DNA of 64,000 nucleotides from Patescibacteria group bacterium (GTDB taxonomy: Bacteria > Patescibacteriota > Microgenomatia > UBA1400 > PJMF01), in NCBI GenBank assembly GCA_039934415.1, contig JBDTME010000007.1:3955-67954 (forward strand), given 5' to 3'. The translations under genes and the position numbers were made by a program. Within the stretch, counting starts at the first letter, position 1. Every line of letters starts with the position of its first letter. This document shows positions 1 to 10,261 of the stretch, one piece after another. Below the pieces are notes generated by a model. It did not search any database and was not told the DNA's origin. It was given only the letters and a program-made list of their open reading frames with translations.

Positions 1-1840
1 TGACTATCTTGCCATGGTCAGTTTTGGCACAGAGTGGACAATCTTCTCCAGTTTCTTCCACTGGAATCTGCGCACGCTCGGCAGTTTTATCGGCTTTGAT
101 TAATGTTTTTTCAAATGGTTTGAAAAACTCTCCGACAACTTTTTTCCACTCTTTTTCTCCGCGAGAAATTCGGTCTAGATCCTCTTCCATCTCAGCAGTG
201 AAATCAAAGTCAACAATATGTGGGAAATTTTCAATCAAAAAATCACTGACAGTAATCCCAACAGGTGTTGCAAAAAACCGCTTCTCTTTTCTCTCTACAT
301 ACCCACGCTCTACAATCACTGAAATAATAGATGCATACGTACTCGGCCGACCGATACCTTTTTCTTCCAGCGTTTTGATCACCGATGCATCATTGTAACG
401 TGGTGGTGGCAGGGTGAATTTTTGAGCGGAGTTGAGGTCAACATAACGGAGTTCTTGTCGCTCTTCCATCTTCGGCAAAATAATATCGCCTTTGTTGGGA
501 AATAACTTCATCCATCCATCAAATTTCAAAATTGAACCACTCGCTTTCAAAGTATAATAATTTGATGCTTTGTGCGCTTCAACAGTGATCGTGGTCGCGT
601 CATACACTGCAGACTCCATTTGACTTGCTAAAAAACGTCTTCTGATCAAGTCATAAAGACGTTGATGTGTTTCCCCGAATCGACTAGAGTGTTGACGGAT
701 ACTCTCAGGCATCAAGTTAATATCTGTAATACGAATGGCTTCGTGAGCTTCTTGGGCATTCTTTGACTTAGTCGCAAATACACGAGGTTTATCAGAAACA
801 TATTTTTGACCAAACTCTTTGACGATGTACTCCCTCGCCATATCAATAGCTTGAGTAGATAAGTTGAAAGAATCAGTACGATGATATGTGATCAAACCTT
901 CTTCATAGAGTTGTTGGGCCAGTGTCATTGTCTGTTTACCACTGAAACCCAATCGATTGGCGGCTGCTTGTTGTAACAAAGAAGTTGAGAATGGTGGCAA
1001 ACTCGCCCTCCGTCTTTCTTTGCTTTCAACTTGTTTAATTGTGTAGTCTGCTTTTTGAAGATCACTTACCACGTCCGTCACATCACCCTCTTTGGTCGGC
1101 TCGTACTTTTTTCCTTTTGATTCTGTTACTCTTGCAACAAACATTGTGGCTGGCAATTCATCAATAAATTGCCATACCCCTTTATCATTCTGAACTTTTA
1201 ACTTTTGTGAACCTAAAGCTGCTTTTAAGTCAGCATTCAACAAAACATCTACTTCCCAGTATTCATCTGCTTTGAACGCTGCAATCTCCTTTTCTCGATC
1301 GACTATCAATCGCAAAGCGGCTGACTGAACTCGACCGGCGGAAAGACCACGCCGAATTTTTTTCCACAGTACCGGTGAAAGTTTATAACCAACTAAACGA
1401 TCCACGACCCGACGAGCTTGCTGCGCATTTACTAAATCCATGTTAATCCGAGTAGGATTATCAATCGCTGCCATCACTGCAGATTTAGTAATTTCATGGA
1501 AAGTTGCTCGATGAAAATGATCATCTTTTTTGTTCTTTTTTAATTTTTCGTGTAAAAGAAATCGAATATGCCACGCAATTGCTTCACCCTCACGATCCGG
1601 GTCAGTCGCTAAAAAAATCTTTTCAGCAGTCATGGCCAATTTTTGCAGTTGAGATACGACTTTCTTTTTATCTTCACTGACTTCATAAATCGGTTCGTAG
1701 TCGTGCTCCAGATCTACACCCAATGTACTCTTTGGGAGATCACGAACGTGACCGACAGATGCCTCAACACGAAAATCAGACCCCAAATAAGTGGCTAACT
1801 TTCTCGCTTTGGTTGGTGACTCAACAATGACAAGTTGCAT
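1..1840 (-). CDS. topA: DNA topoisomerase I, partial (C-terminus lies beyond window start)
   Basis: Minus-strand translation from ATG (cat at 1838-1840) gives MQLVIVESPTKARKLATYLGSDFRVEASVGHVRDLPKS..., the canonical TopA Toprim N-terminus. The reading frame runs open to the window edge. It is not in the ORF track, presumably because it is open-ended. Confidence 0.9.
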   Translation of the reverse strand, partial: MQLVIVESPTKARKLATYLGSDFRVEASVGHVRDLPKSTLGVDLEHDYEPIYEVSEDKKKVVSQLQKLAMTAEKIFLATDPDREGEAIAWHIRFLLHEKLKKNKKDDHFHRATFHEITKSAVMAAIDNPTRINMDLVNAQQARRVVDRLVGYKLSPVLWKKIRRGLSAGRVQSAALRLIVDREKEIAAFKADEYWEVDVLLNADLKAALGSQKLKVQNDKGVWQFIDELPATMFVARVTESKGKKYEPTKEGDVTDVVSDLQKADYTIKQVESKERRRASLPPFSTSLLQQAAANRLGFSGKQTMTLAQQLYEEGLITYHRTDSFNLSTQAIDMAREYIVKEFGQKYVSDKPRVFATKSKNAQEAHEAIRITDINLMPESIRQHSSRFGETHQRLYDLIRRRFLASQMESAVYDATTITVEAHKASNYYTLKASGSILKFDGWMKLFPNKGDIILPKMEERQELRYVDLNSAQKFTLPPPRYNDASVIKTLEEKGIGRPSTYASIISVIVERGYVERKEKRFFATPVGITVSDFLIENFPHIVDFDFTAEMEEDLDRISRGEKEWKKVVGEFFKPFEKTLIKADKTAERAQIPVEETGEDCPLCAKTDHGKIV

Positions 1841-2010
1841 AACATCTTTCAGATTAACACATACTGATGGTTTTCATTATGTATCAGTAAGTTTTTAGTC
1901 AACTCAAGAATCCTCTCGTGTTTAAAATCGTCTTACAAGTAGGAAATCCATATTACTCGAAGGAAGTATGCTACCATACCTGTCAAATAAGCCCAATGCC
2001 AAATGGAAAA

Positions 2011-3123
2011 CTAAAGAATAACTGAGTACTTCCCTCTTTCGCTGAGAATGATGCCTTTCAGCTCCAAAGCGCTCACAGCAGTAAGCAACTCACTCAGCAT
2101 CAGCTGTAATTCCTCAGCAATCTCATCACTACTCAAACTTTGCCCTAATAACAGCTCCAGTACCCTTTTTTCGGTCTCGGTCTCGGCCTGGCTCATAATG
2201 GCCTGAGTATTAATATTCCCTGATTTTTCACTCATTCTAGGAAAATAATCAATTAAGATATCTTGGGAGCTGGTTACTAGTTTTGCACCTATATTCACTA
2301 AGTCTTTCGTACCGTCAGAGTATTTTGAGGTAATCGACCCAGGAATTGCGAATACATCTCGCCCATACTCCGCCGCACAGCGTGCAGTAATCTTGCTCCC
2401 ACTATCTGCAGCTGCCTCTGTTACCAAAATGCCTTTCGACATTCCGGCAACGATTCGATTTCGTTGAGGAAATAAGCCACGAACAGGAGGTTGTGTAGGA
2501 AGATACTCTGTGATGAGTGCACCTCCTTTCTCCAAAAGAAGATGTTGTAACTTCAAGTGATATTCTGGAAAACAAAAATCGAACCCGTATCCCAATACGC
2601 CAACGGTATATCCATTAGCCTCAAGTGCAGCTTGGTGAGCCACTGCATCTACTCCATACATGAAACCAGAAATAATTTCGCACCCTTGTTGAACTAACTC
2701 AGTTGTCAGCAGTTTTGTCACCACTCGACCATAACTTGTTATCTGTCGCGTTCCCACCACAGCGATTGGCAGAGAGAATCTCTCTCTCAAAATTCCTTGA
2801 ATGAATAAAACAGGCGGAGCATCTGGAGCATGTTTCAGCAACGCCGGATATTGATCATCTTTCTTAAGCAAAACGGCTATATTTTTTTGTAACAGCTCTG
2901 CCTTCAATTTTTTTATTGAAAAGTTTTGGCGATGAAGAATGAAAACCTGTACGCTAACACGTAACAGGTTTAGTGCTTTGATCTCATTTTCAGATAAATC
3001 CCAAAATTGAAGTGGAGTTATCCCTACGAGATCTAAACGTTTTAACAACTCATTAAAGGTCATTACACCAATCCCAGGACACTCTAAAATTGCAATCCAG
3101 ATTAGTTGTTCATCAGTGATCAT
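2011..3123 (-). CDS. dprA: DNA processing protein DprA (Smf)
   Basis: 370 aa with a Rossmann-like DprA core (GVDAVAHQAALEANGYTVGVLGYGFD, IAVVGTR). Sits immediately upstream of topA in the conserved dprA-topA arrangement. Confidence 0.85.
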   Translation of the reverse strand: MITDEQLIWIAILECPGIGVMTFNELLKRLDLVGITPLQFWDLSENEIKALNLLRVSVQVFILHRQNFSIKKLKAELLQKNIAVLLKKDDQYPALLKHAPDAPPVLFIQGILRERFSLPIAVVGTRQITSYGRVVTKLLTTELVQQGCEIISGFMYGVDAVAHQAALEANGYTVGVLGYGFDFCFPEYHLKLQHLLLEKGGALITEYLPTQPPVRGLFPQRNRIVAGMSKGILVTEAAADSGSKITARCAAEYGRDVFAIPGSITSKYSDGTKDLVNIGAKLVTSSQDILIDYFPRMSEKSGNINTQAIMSQAETETEKRVLELLLGQSLSSDEIAEELQLMLSELLTAVSALELKGIILSERGKYSVIL

Positions 3124-3182
3124 TACGGTAGAGTACCAACCAATCCTTACAAAAACATGACATCCAGTCGATAAAAAGATGC

Positions 3183-4919
3183 TTATCGATGGTCTTTAAT
3201 CCATTCTAAAATCTTTAACGCAATTGGGCCTCCATCAGCAGATCCTTCCCTAAATGGCTTCACTTCATCACTTTCTACCAGAACGACGACTAAAATATTT
3301 TGTGGATACTGTTCTTTCACTTCCGTTTTTTCCAATCGTCCATTTTTTACCAACCGAATCGTCCGCGGTTGAGTATTAAGGTGGGTGAAACCAACAAACC
3401 ACCCGTGCGTTCTACGATGGCCGTTGTTATCAGCTGCACCGAACTCCGCCGTTCCTGTTTTACAAAATACTTTATTCTCTTCTTGATCATTCCAAGGAAA
3501 AAAAGGAAATGCAGTTCCACCTCTAGTACATACTTCTTTCAATCCTTCTTCGATAGTTTTCAAGTGATCCTGTGAAACGGAAATATCCTGACAGTGTCCA
3601 CTCGTTCCTTTGATCAATGTAGGGGCGCAAAGTTTTCCGCCATTGGCAAATAAAGTTAAGGATTGAAAAACTTGGACTGGGGTGACTAATAAATCACCTT
3701 GACCAATACCAAAGTGGTAGGTGTCGCCTAAATACCATTTTTCCCCTACCGCTTTTTCTTTCCATGCAGGATCTGGCACAATTCCAGATGCCTCAGCAGG
3801 CAACTCTATTCCGGTCCTCTTGCCAAAACCGACCATTCTAGCAATCGCTGCTAGCTGATTGGCACCTAACCACTCTGCTGCTTTATAAAAATAAATATCA
3901 TTACTGCGTGCAAGTGCACGAACCAAATTAATACTGCCTTCAATTCGACCATACTGTCGATAAAACCAGTTCCCATACTCAAATTCACCAACTTTTAAGG
4001 TACCTTGATCATCTACTTTTGTGTCTGCATCTACGGCACCATTTTCAAGCGCGCCTAACGCTGTAACCGGCTTAAAAACACTTCCAGGTGGATAACCTCC
4101 TGCCAAAGCACGGTTAAAAAACAATTTATTAGGATCTTGGAAATATGAAGCCAACTGTGTCTTTTTATTCTCATCGTCGGACTCATTCATTGGCGGTCGT
4201 GTGAATTGATTCGCATTAAAAGTAGGACTACTAATCAAACTCAGTACTTCTCCAGTACCAGGATCACCGACTAATACTGCTCCTTTTTGTCCTTTCATCA
4301 GGCCAAAAATGTACGCTGTGAGCTCGCCATCTATTGTTGTTTGAATATGCTGTCCAGAAACAGAGTTCTGCTCGCTCACCGTTCTGATAATTTCACCCTT
4401 TGCATTCGTTTCGTAAACTACTGCTCCATCCTGACCTTTCAACTCATCTTGAAACATCGCTTCCAATCCAACTTTCCCTATGACTTGGTTAAGTGCCAAG
4501 TTGGGATCTCTATCTAGATCTTCTTTGGTAATTGGACCTACATACCCAGTCACTTGAGATAATGCATCTGGGTAAATATATTCCCGATACTGATCAGTAA
4601 AAACTGAACTACTCGCAGTCGCCATTAGCTCCAAGGCTGTACTTTCATCAACTAAAGTCCTGTTACTATACAGACGATTTGGTGATTGGAGTTGATAAAA
4701 AACTGGTTTATTAAACACTAATGATTGTCCAAATCGATCAAACAAAATACCACGATCTGCTACAACTACTTTGTGAAAAAAACGATTGTTCTCTGCTGTT
4801 TGTTTGAGCACAGCTGTTTTGACAACCTGGAGATCAAACATCCGCAATGCCAACATACAAACTAATACACATGCCAGCGTGGGCATGATCCACATCCGTT
4901 TGGAATTCATTGCAGACAT
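3183..4919 (-). CDS. mrdA: Penicillin-binding protein 2 (elongation transpeptidase)
   Basis: 578 aa with an N-terminal TM anchor and a transpeptidase SxxK motif (GSVFKPVTA), plus SxN and KTG-like motifs (FCKTGTAE). Lies directly downstream of an mreB-mreC-mreD-like cluster. Confidence 0.8.
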   Translation of the reverse strand: MSAMNSKRMWIMPTLACVLVCMLALRMFDLQVVKTAVLKQTAENNRFFHKVVVADRGILFDRFGQSLVFNKPVFYQLQSPNRLYSNRTLVDESTALELMATASSSVFTDQYREYIYPDALSQVTGYVGPITKEDLDRDPNLALNQVIGKVGLEAMFQDELKGQDGAVVYETNAKGEIIRTVSEQNSVSGQHIQTTIDGELTAYIFGLMKGQKGAVLVGDPGTGEVLSLISSPTFNANQFTRPPMNESDDENKKTQLASYFQDPNKLFFNRALAGGYPPGSVFKPVTALGALENGAVDADTKVDDQGTLKVGEFEYGNWFYRQYGRIEGSINLVRALARSNDIYFYKAAEWLGANQLAAIARMVGFGKRTGIELPAEASGIVPDPAWKEKAVGEKWYLGDTYHFGIGQGDLLVTPVQVFQSLTLFANGGKLCAPTLIKGTSGHCQDISVSQDHLKTIEEGLKEVCTRGGTAFPFFPWNDQEENKVFCKTGTAEFGAADNNGHRRTHGWFVGFTHLNTQPRTIRLVKNGRLEKTEVKEQYPQNILVVVLVESDEVKPFREGSADGGPIALKILEWIKDHR

Positions 4920-4940
4920 GATAGATGTAACCTGTAACTA

Positions 4941-5519
4941 CTAAAACCGTAACGGTTTATTTTTGATATTGTATGAAAAGTCCTGGAATTTTCGAATTGC
5001 ATAAAAATACACAATTAGCACAAAAAACAATCCACTCAAAAGATCTGCGCCAATCATAACTGGTTGAATGGACTGCCGATACTCCACCATTGAAAGTATG
5101 ATCGAGACAACGCAAATATATCCATATAAAAAAGCCATTCTTGATCGGAAAAACTTCACTGCAGCGTGAAAAAAGAAAAGGTATGGCAGCAATAAAACTT
5201 CTGTCAAACCAAACGGAAACATAAATCGTACGTCATGAAATAAAGCTAAAATAAGAATTAACGTCAGTGCCTGATTGAACGGAATGAAAAAAACTAAACT
5301 CAGTAGAAATCCAATACTAAGTGTATGAACACCTAAAAATCCGTCCAGCGCCAATAACACAAGATAGACGATCCCAATTGCTAAAAAGTTAAAAATATTC
5401 CGATTTATCACCAGGTTCTTTCTGCTAGTATTTACGCATGTCTTGCTAAAAACCACTGAACTTCGTATGCTTAAATGATGAATGGCTCTTTCACGCTCCA
5501 AATCAAACATTTTTTGCAA
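4941..5519 (-). CDS. mreD: Multi-TM membrane protein, putative rod-shape protein MreD
   Basis: 192 aa with about 5 TM helices. Assigned from its position between mreC and mrdA (classic mreBCD-mrdA synteny). No diagnostic motif is visible; the N-terminus and start are uncertain. Confidence 0.4.
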   Translation of the reverse strand: MQKMFDLERERAIHHLSIRSSVVFSKTCVNTSRKNLVINRNIFNFLAIGIVYLVLLALDGFLGVHTLSIGFLLSLVFFIPFNQALTLILILALFHDVRFMFPFGLTEVLLLPYLFFFHAAVKFFRSRMAFLYGYICVVSIILSMVEYRQSIQPVMIGADLLSGLFFVLIVYFYAIRKFQDFSYNIKNKPLRF

Positions 5520-5712
5520 AGTTTATTCGCTGTTGATAGTTTTTGGTCGGTTATTTTCAGATTCATCATCTGGGGTGTTATCGCCATCACTATCATGATC
5601 AGCGTAGACACTGTTCGTTCTGATCAAAGAAGCAAGAATTTGAAATCGAATTTAGGTCTCTTCCTGCTTTTTTTGATATTAGGCGCTATCCTCATTTGGC
5701 TTGTCTTCGGCT

Positions 5713-6513
5713 TTATTCCCTCATTTTGATAAGTACCAGAGAAAGAGATTCAATATTTACACCCTGATCAACTATGGCAGTCTGAACTGGTGCACCAACA
5801 TCTTCCAACATATCTTGCACCTGACCAAGGTACAAACCTGGTGGAACTTGATCTGAAATTGATCCAAGTGTGTACAATTCATCACCTTTTTCTAGTTTCT
5901 GATCAGCTGATACCTGTGTAAATAAGACCTGACCTTTTTTTCCAGTAACGATTCCTTTTACACCAGTTTGAGTTTTAGCCACTGTTTGCCAACTGCCCTG
6001 AGAAAAAGTGCCGACACTCGAAAAAAAGTGATCACTTGACTGTATTTTTCCCAACAAGACTTGTTGAGACATGACCAGACCACCAGATACAACGCCGTTT
6101 GAAACACCTTTATCGAGATATGTAACGACACCCGCCTCGATAATACGAGCTGTCAACACCGAAGTAAATAAGTCCTGATTAGATTCTGTGTTTTTTTCAA
6201 GCTCTTTCTTCAGTAACTCGTTCTCTTTTTTTGCATTTTCGGCCTCAGCAACTTGGGCTTGTAACTGTGCATTCTTGATTTGCAAGTCTGCAATCATCCT
6301 TTCAGAACGAAAAACTGTATGTACAAATTCAGTCGGAACTAATGACAACTGACGAAGATTTGTTTCAATCAAATTTCCTGGTTTTAATAACACTTCGAAA
6401 GGATATCGCATCACTAGAAAATGGTAGTGTGCATCTAATAAGACGAATACTATGACAATTGAATATGTGATACCAAAGACGAGTTGCTGGTGCTGTGTGA
6501 GTGACGACTTCAT
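5713..6513 (-). CDS. mreC: Rod shape-determining protein MreC
   Basis: N-terminal TM, a coiled-coil (LQIKNAQLQAQVAEAENAKKENELLKKELEK), and C-terminal beta domains with the MreC hallmark GDELYTLGSISDQVPPGLYLGQV (consensus GDxVvTSG..fPxGlxIGxV). Start set at the ATG that forms an ATGA overlap with the mreB stop (plus 6510-6513 = tcat); the ORF track extends further to 6537. Confidence 0.75.
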   Translation of the reverse strand: MKSSLTQHQQLVFGITYSIVIVFVLLDAHYHFLVMRYPFEVLLKPGNLIETNLRQLSLVPTEFVHTVFRSERMIADLQIKNAQLQAQVAEAENAKKENELLKKELEKNTESNQDLFTSVLTARIIEAGVVTYLDKGVSNGVVSGGLVMSQQVLLGKIQSSDHFFSSVGTFSQGSWQTVAKTQTGVKGIVTGKKGQVLFTQVSADQKLEKGDELYTLGSISDQVPPGLYLGQVQDMLEDVGAPVQTAIVDQGVNIESLSLVLIKMRE

Positions 6514-7607
6514 AACCAGTCTGGCACAAAATAACACTTCTTCTGTTGATTATTAGGGAGCTGTAGAAACTCTTTGAAACCTTGATGATAAAGTAAATCA
6601 GGATATGGTGGTCGACGAACTGAAGTACCGTAACGCTCCTCTATTCGCTGACTCAGCATATCTACAACTGCCATTCCACCAAAGACTAAGAATCCTGTGT
6701 TGATTAACTCTTCGATCAATTCAGGCCCGAGCTCTTCCGTCAAAATGGTTATTTGGTCTATGACAGATTCAACGTATTGTTCAAACATCGGTCTAAATTC
6801 TTCGGCTGAAAGTTTCATGGATTTGGGCAAACTACTCATTACATCTCTACCCCGTACAACAACGAAGTGATCTTTTTTTGATATTTCAGGAGGATTTAAT
6901 AATCCACTAAATGATTCTTTTCGATCCATGAGAACATGGGCGCATTCTTGCTTGAGTCGTTCAGCTGATTGCGAACCGATTTCGAGGTGAAATTTTATTT
7001 TTAAAAGATGTTGAATGTCTTGCGTTAGATCCTTTCCACCGTACCAAACGCGATGAAAATGAAATACTTTCTCAAATTGAAGTATCGAGAAAGTGGTTGA
7101 TTCATAGCCACAATCAATCAATAATTGTAAAGAAGATGCTGAGTGCAAGGTAGGCACAACTTGTTTGGCTAACGCGGCAATGAGTGGACGTACCAGTAAA
7201 ATTGTATGATGAATACCCAAGTCTCTGGTAATTTTTAACAGTGCTCGGTACTGCACTTCATTCATCTGAGGAGTGACGAAAAAAAAAGCTTTCGAAGGAA
7301 TGGACTCTGCAAAACAGTACCGTAAAAAAAGTTTCGCCAATCTGTAATCAGTGAAATTTCCTTCTTGAATTGGAGATACCACTTCTAAATCAATCGCACT
7401 TCTACCGACGATCTCTTTCGCATCCTGTCCAATAGAAATGACCTTACTGTCCTCCCTCGTTTGCACCATGCAAGAGGGTACGATTGTCGGTTCTGAATCA
7501 GTTGCCACCATGACTCGCGTTTGGTAACTTCCCAGATCAATTACCACTTCAGAAAGATTCTCGGGAAAGCCGAACGAACGGAACTTGGTAGGCATCTTCA
7601 TAGGCAC
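6510..7607 (-). CDS. mreB: Actin-like ATPase, divergent MreB homolog
   Basis: MPTKFRSFGFPENLSEVVIDLGSYQTRVMV aligns to the MreB N-terminus ([26 protein letters not shown]). Connect and adenosine motifs are present (GFLVFGGMAVV, IGSQSAERLKQ), but the phosphate-2 motif is deviant (LIDCGYESTTF instead of DIGGGTT). Translationally coupled to mreC. Confidence 0.7.
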   Translation of the reverse strand: MPMKMPTKFRSFGFPENLSEVVIDLGSYQTRVMVATDSEPTIVPSCMVQTREDSKVISIGQDAKEIVGRSAIDLEVVSPIQEGNFTDYRLAKLFLRYCFAESIPSKAFFFVTPQMNEVQYRALLKITRDLGIHHTILLVRPLIAALAKQVVPTLHSASSLQLLIDCGYESTTFSILQFEKVFHFHRVWYGGKDLTQDIQHLLKIKFHLEIGSQSAERLKQECAHVLMDRKESFSGLLNPPEISKKDHFVVVRGRDVMSSLPKSMKLSAEEFRPMFEQYVESVIDQITILTEELGPELIEELINTGFLVFGGMAVVDMLSQRIEERYGTSVRRPPYPDLLYHQGFKEFLQLPNNQQKKCYFVPDWL

Positions 7608-7703
7608 ATTGTACTGTATAATCGGTCCATGTCCTATCTCCGTCAGTCACCACAAGAAGACAGAAATTTTGTTTCTAGAATTTGTGATATCGCTATTCTA
7701 TCG

Positions 7704-9920
7704 ATGTTACAAATCCTGGTTGTCTTTCTGCCTCTCTTATTTTTGGTACAAAACGAAGAAATTTTTGAATTTAATAAAATGATTTTCGTTTATATTGTTG
7801 CAAGTCTGATTATTACAGCCTGGGCAGTAAAAACAGTCGTAGAAAAAAAACTAACGTTCAAGAGAACACCTTTTGATTGGTTTATCATCTTTTTCTTATT
7901 TTCTCAACTCATTTCCACAGTACTCTCTATCCACCCGCGCACATCCCTTTTTGGGTATTACACTCGCTTTCATGGCGGTCTATTTTCGACTGTTTCTTAC
8001 TTCATACTTTTTTTTGCAACGACAACTTTTATCAAAAAAAGACATGTTCCAGGTTTTGTTGGAGTCACATTAATAGGAGCGTTTTTGGCAGCGTTATACG
8101 CTTTTCCGGAACATTTCGGGCACTCACCTAGTTGTCTTTTACTCACAAATACGTTCAATGCTTCCTGTTGGATTCAAGATGTGCAAAACAGAGTGTTCGG
8201 TACGTTCGGACAACCGAATTGGTTAGCCGCATATTTAATTTTGCTACTGCCACTTGGCATGACACTTGGTTTATTTGATGCTCAAAAAGTTAAACCACAA
8301 GTAGCTCGATTGAAATTAGGCGCGACAGTAGTGAGTGGCGTTCTGACTTTTTTATTTTTCGCAACGCTTTTATTCACCAAATCGAGATCAGGTGTTCTGG
8401 GCTTTGGAGTGAGTCTAGTTATTTTCATTTTGTTGATGATGTTTCAACTTTTTAAAAAAACTCTCTCAACTTCAAGGTTCCCTAAACTGCTGATATTTGG
8501 TGGGACACTCACATTACTTTTAATGACTGGTCTGGTATTCGGCACGCCATATTCGCCTACTCTCTCCCAATTTATTTCACAAAAAAATCAACTTGTCGAA
8601 CAACCCTCAACGCAACCAGTCGCAGTAGATCGTCTAGAAGTCGGTGGAACTGATTCTGGCGATATTCGTCGGATTGTCTGGAAAGGCGCGATCAAAGTGT
8701 GGAAACGATATCCTCTCTTTGGATCAGGGGTAGAAACTTTTGCATATAGCTACTATCTCGACCGACCCATGGAACATAATACTGTTTCTGAATGGGATTT
8801 TTTATACAACAAAGCACACAACGAAGAGTTGAATTTCTTAGCTACGACTGGAGTGTTTGGTTTAGCAACTTACGGAATCCTCCAGGCTATTATTGGTTGG
8901 TTTTTATTTAAAGAAGCCTTCTTTGGCAAGGATAGAAATACTGCATTATTAGCGACTGCTGTGTTGACCGGCTTAATTGATTTGCACATCTCCAATTTTC
9001 TGGGTTTCTCAACTGTGGTAGTGACAGTTCTGATGTATGTACTCCCCGCTTTGGTGATCGCTCAAATTAGTGATGAACAACACATTGAGTGGCAACTCTT
9101 TTCGCTCAAACCCGCCTCGGCCATTCATGAACCGCTGCTATCATTTATCGGAATCAACTTGAAAAAAATATCTACAAAAATGTTTGGAGTTCGAAATTCG
9201 AGTGAAAAAGTCACTGCTGGCCAGTGGGTACTAGTCAGTATTGCAAGTATGATAGGTATTTTCATGGTGGTTCAGATCAGCATGATTTGGTTTGCCGACC
9301 ACTATTACTCAAAAGCGAAAGATGCATACACGAACAATGACTTCGAAACTGCTCTCAGTAGACTGAAAATCGCCATTGAGCTGTCCCCTAGAGAAGGTTT
9401 GTACTACGAGCTGTATAGCAAGGTCGCTTCACAGTACGCCATCGCACTACTCCAAGAAAACAAGAATGAACTGGGAACACAATTTGCTAACTCAGCGCTT
9501 GAAGCGAGTACGACGAGCATCAAACTCAATCCGGTTCATATCAATTTTTACAAAACAAGAAATCAAGTTTTAGTAACGTTAGCTCAAGCGAAACCAGAAC
9601 TGTATGATGCTGCACTCGAAACATTGCACGTCGCAGAACAACTTTCACCTACTGATCCCAAGCTAGTCTACTACTCTGCTCTTGTTGAGAATGCTCAGGG
9701 CAACACTAAGCAAACACAGAAAGACTTGTATACCGCCATCGAGATGAAACCAAACTATGATTCAGCTCGATATATGTTGGGACAATTACTCGAAATTGAT
9801 AAAAATTACGGAGGTGCCAAAGAACAATATCAGTATATTTTAGAGAACATTGCCCCTAACAACGAAACTGTGCAAAAAAGACTCGACGCAGTTGCGACTT
9901 TTTCGGCCAAAAAGAAATGA
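7704..9920 (+). CDS. O-antigen ligase/Wzy-like polytopic membrane protein with C-terminal TPR repeats
   Basis: At least 10 TM helices with a Wzy_C-like core (WLAAYLILLLPLGMTLGLF..., SRSGVLGFGVSLVIFILL). The C-terminal roughly 250 aa are TPR-like (AKDAYTNNDFETALSRLKIAIELSP...). The ORF track starts at 7521 and would overlap mreB by 87 bp; an internal ATG at 7704 (or 7629) is more plausible, so the start is uncertain. Confidence 0.6.
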   Translation: MLQILVVFLPLLFLVQNEEIFEFNKMIFVYIVASLIITAWAVKTVVEKKLTFKRTPFDWFIIFFLFSQLISTVLSIHPRTSLFGYYTRFHGGLFSTVSYFILFFATTTFIKKRHVPGFVGVTLIGAFLAALYAFPEHFGHSPSCLLLTNTFNASCWIQDVQNRVFGTFGQPNWLAAYLILLLPLGMTLGLFDAQKVKPQVARLKLGATVVSGVLTFLFFATLLFTKSRSGVLGFGVSLVIFILLMMFQLFKKTLSTSRFPKLLIFGGTLTLLLMTGLVFGTPYSPTLSQFISQKNQLVEQPSTQPVAVDRLEVGGTDSGDIRRIVWKGAIKVWKRYPLFGSGVETFAYSYYLDRPMEHNTVSEWDFLYNKAHNEELNFLATTGVFGLATYGILQAIIGWFLFKEAFFGKDRNTALLATAVLTGLIDLHISNFLGFSTVVVTVLMYVLPALVIAQISDEQHIEWQLFSLKPASAIHEPLLSFIGINLKKISTKMFGVRNSSEKVTAGQWVLVSIASMIGIFMVVQISMIWFADHYYSKAKDAYTNNDFETALSRLKIAIELSPREGLYYELYSKVASQYAIALLQENKNELGTQFANSALEASTTSIKLNPVHINFYKTRNQVLVTLAQAKPELYDAALETLHVAEQLSPTDPKLVYYSALVENAQGNTKQTQKDLYTAIEMKPNYDSARYMLGQLLEIDKNYGGAKEQYQYILENIAPNNETVQKRLDAVATFSAKKK

Positions 9921-9945
9921 TAGATTACAGAATGTGTAAAAACAA

Positions 9946-9970
9946 AAAGAGCTCCTTATGGGAGCTCTTT
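9946..9970. terminator. Bidirectional intrinsic terminator between the Wzy-like gene (+) and rpsR (-)
   Basis: aaagagctcc-ttat-gggagctcttt: a 10-bp perfect inverted repeat with a 4-nt loop, flanked by A-runs on one side and T-runs on the other. Confidence 0.7.
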
Positions 9971-9990
9971 AAATTGTGTATTTCTCTGTT

Positions 9991-10227
9991 TTAGACAGTT
10001 TGGGTGAACTGCACCATTCCCAAATGTCGAGCACGTTTAATCTCACGAGCCAGTTGTCGCTGTTGTTTGTTCGACAAACCGGTTCTGTCTCGCCCACCAA
10101 TTGCTCCATGTTCGCTAATATAGCGTTGAAGAGTTCTTGGATCTTTGTAATCGAAAGTCAGATCTTCTGGTGCTTTTCGAACTGGCGGCAAATTCTTGCG
10201 TCGCTTTTTTTGAAATAACTTAGACAT
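9991..10227 (-). CDS. rpsR: 30S ribosomal protein S18
   Basis: 78 aa. KRRKNLPP...DLTFDYKDPRTLQRYISEHGAIGGRDRTGLSNKQQRQLAREIKRARHLGM matches the bS18 signature. Confidence 0.9.
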   Translation of the reverse strand: MSKLFQKKRRKNLPPVRKAPEDLTFDYKDPRTLQRYISEHGAIGGRDRTGLSNKQQRQLAREIKRARHLGMVQFTQTV

Positions 10228-10261
10228 ATTGTCCTTTTGTTGTGTTAAGTAAATCTACTTT

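Noticed and set aside
9-398. 129-aa plus-strand ORF at the window start
   Set aside because: It lies antisense within the clearly coding topA frame (minus strand) and has a low-complexity Ser-rich composition. It is a shadow ORF.
5475-5729. 84-aa two-TM ORF on the plus strand between mreC and mreD
   Set aside because: It is not listed as a feature: it runs antisense to the mreCD operon and overlaps both neighbours. It is kept only as a note within the mre-cluster finding because it exactly spans an unexplained 193-bp gap.
7521-7703. N-terminal extension of the Wzy-like membrane protein as given in the ORF track
   Set aside because: It would overlap the mreB start by 87 bp on the opposite strand and adds a non-hydrophobic 60-aa leader. 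Internal ATGs at 7629 or 7704 are more plausible starts.
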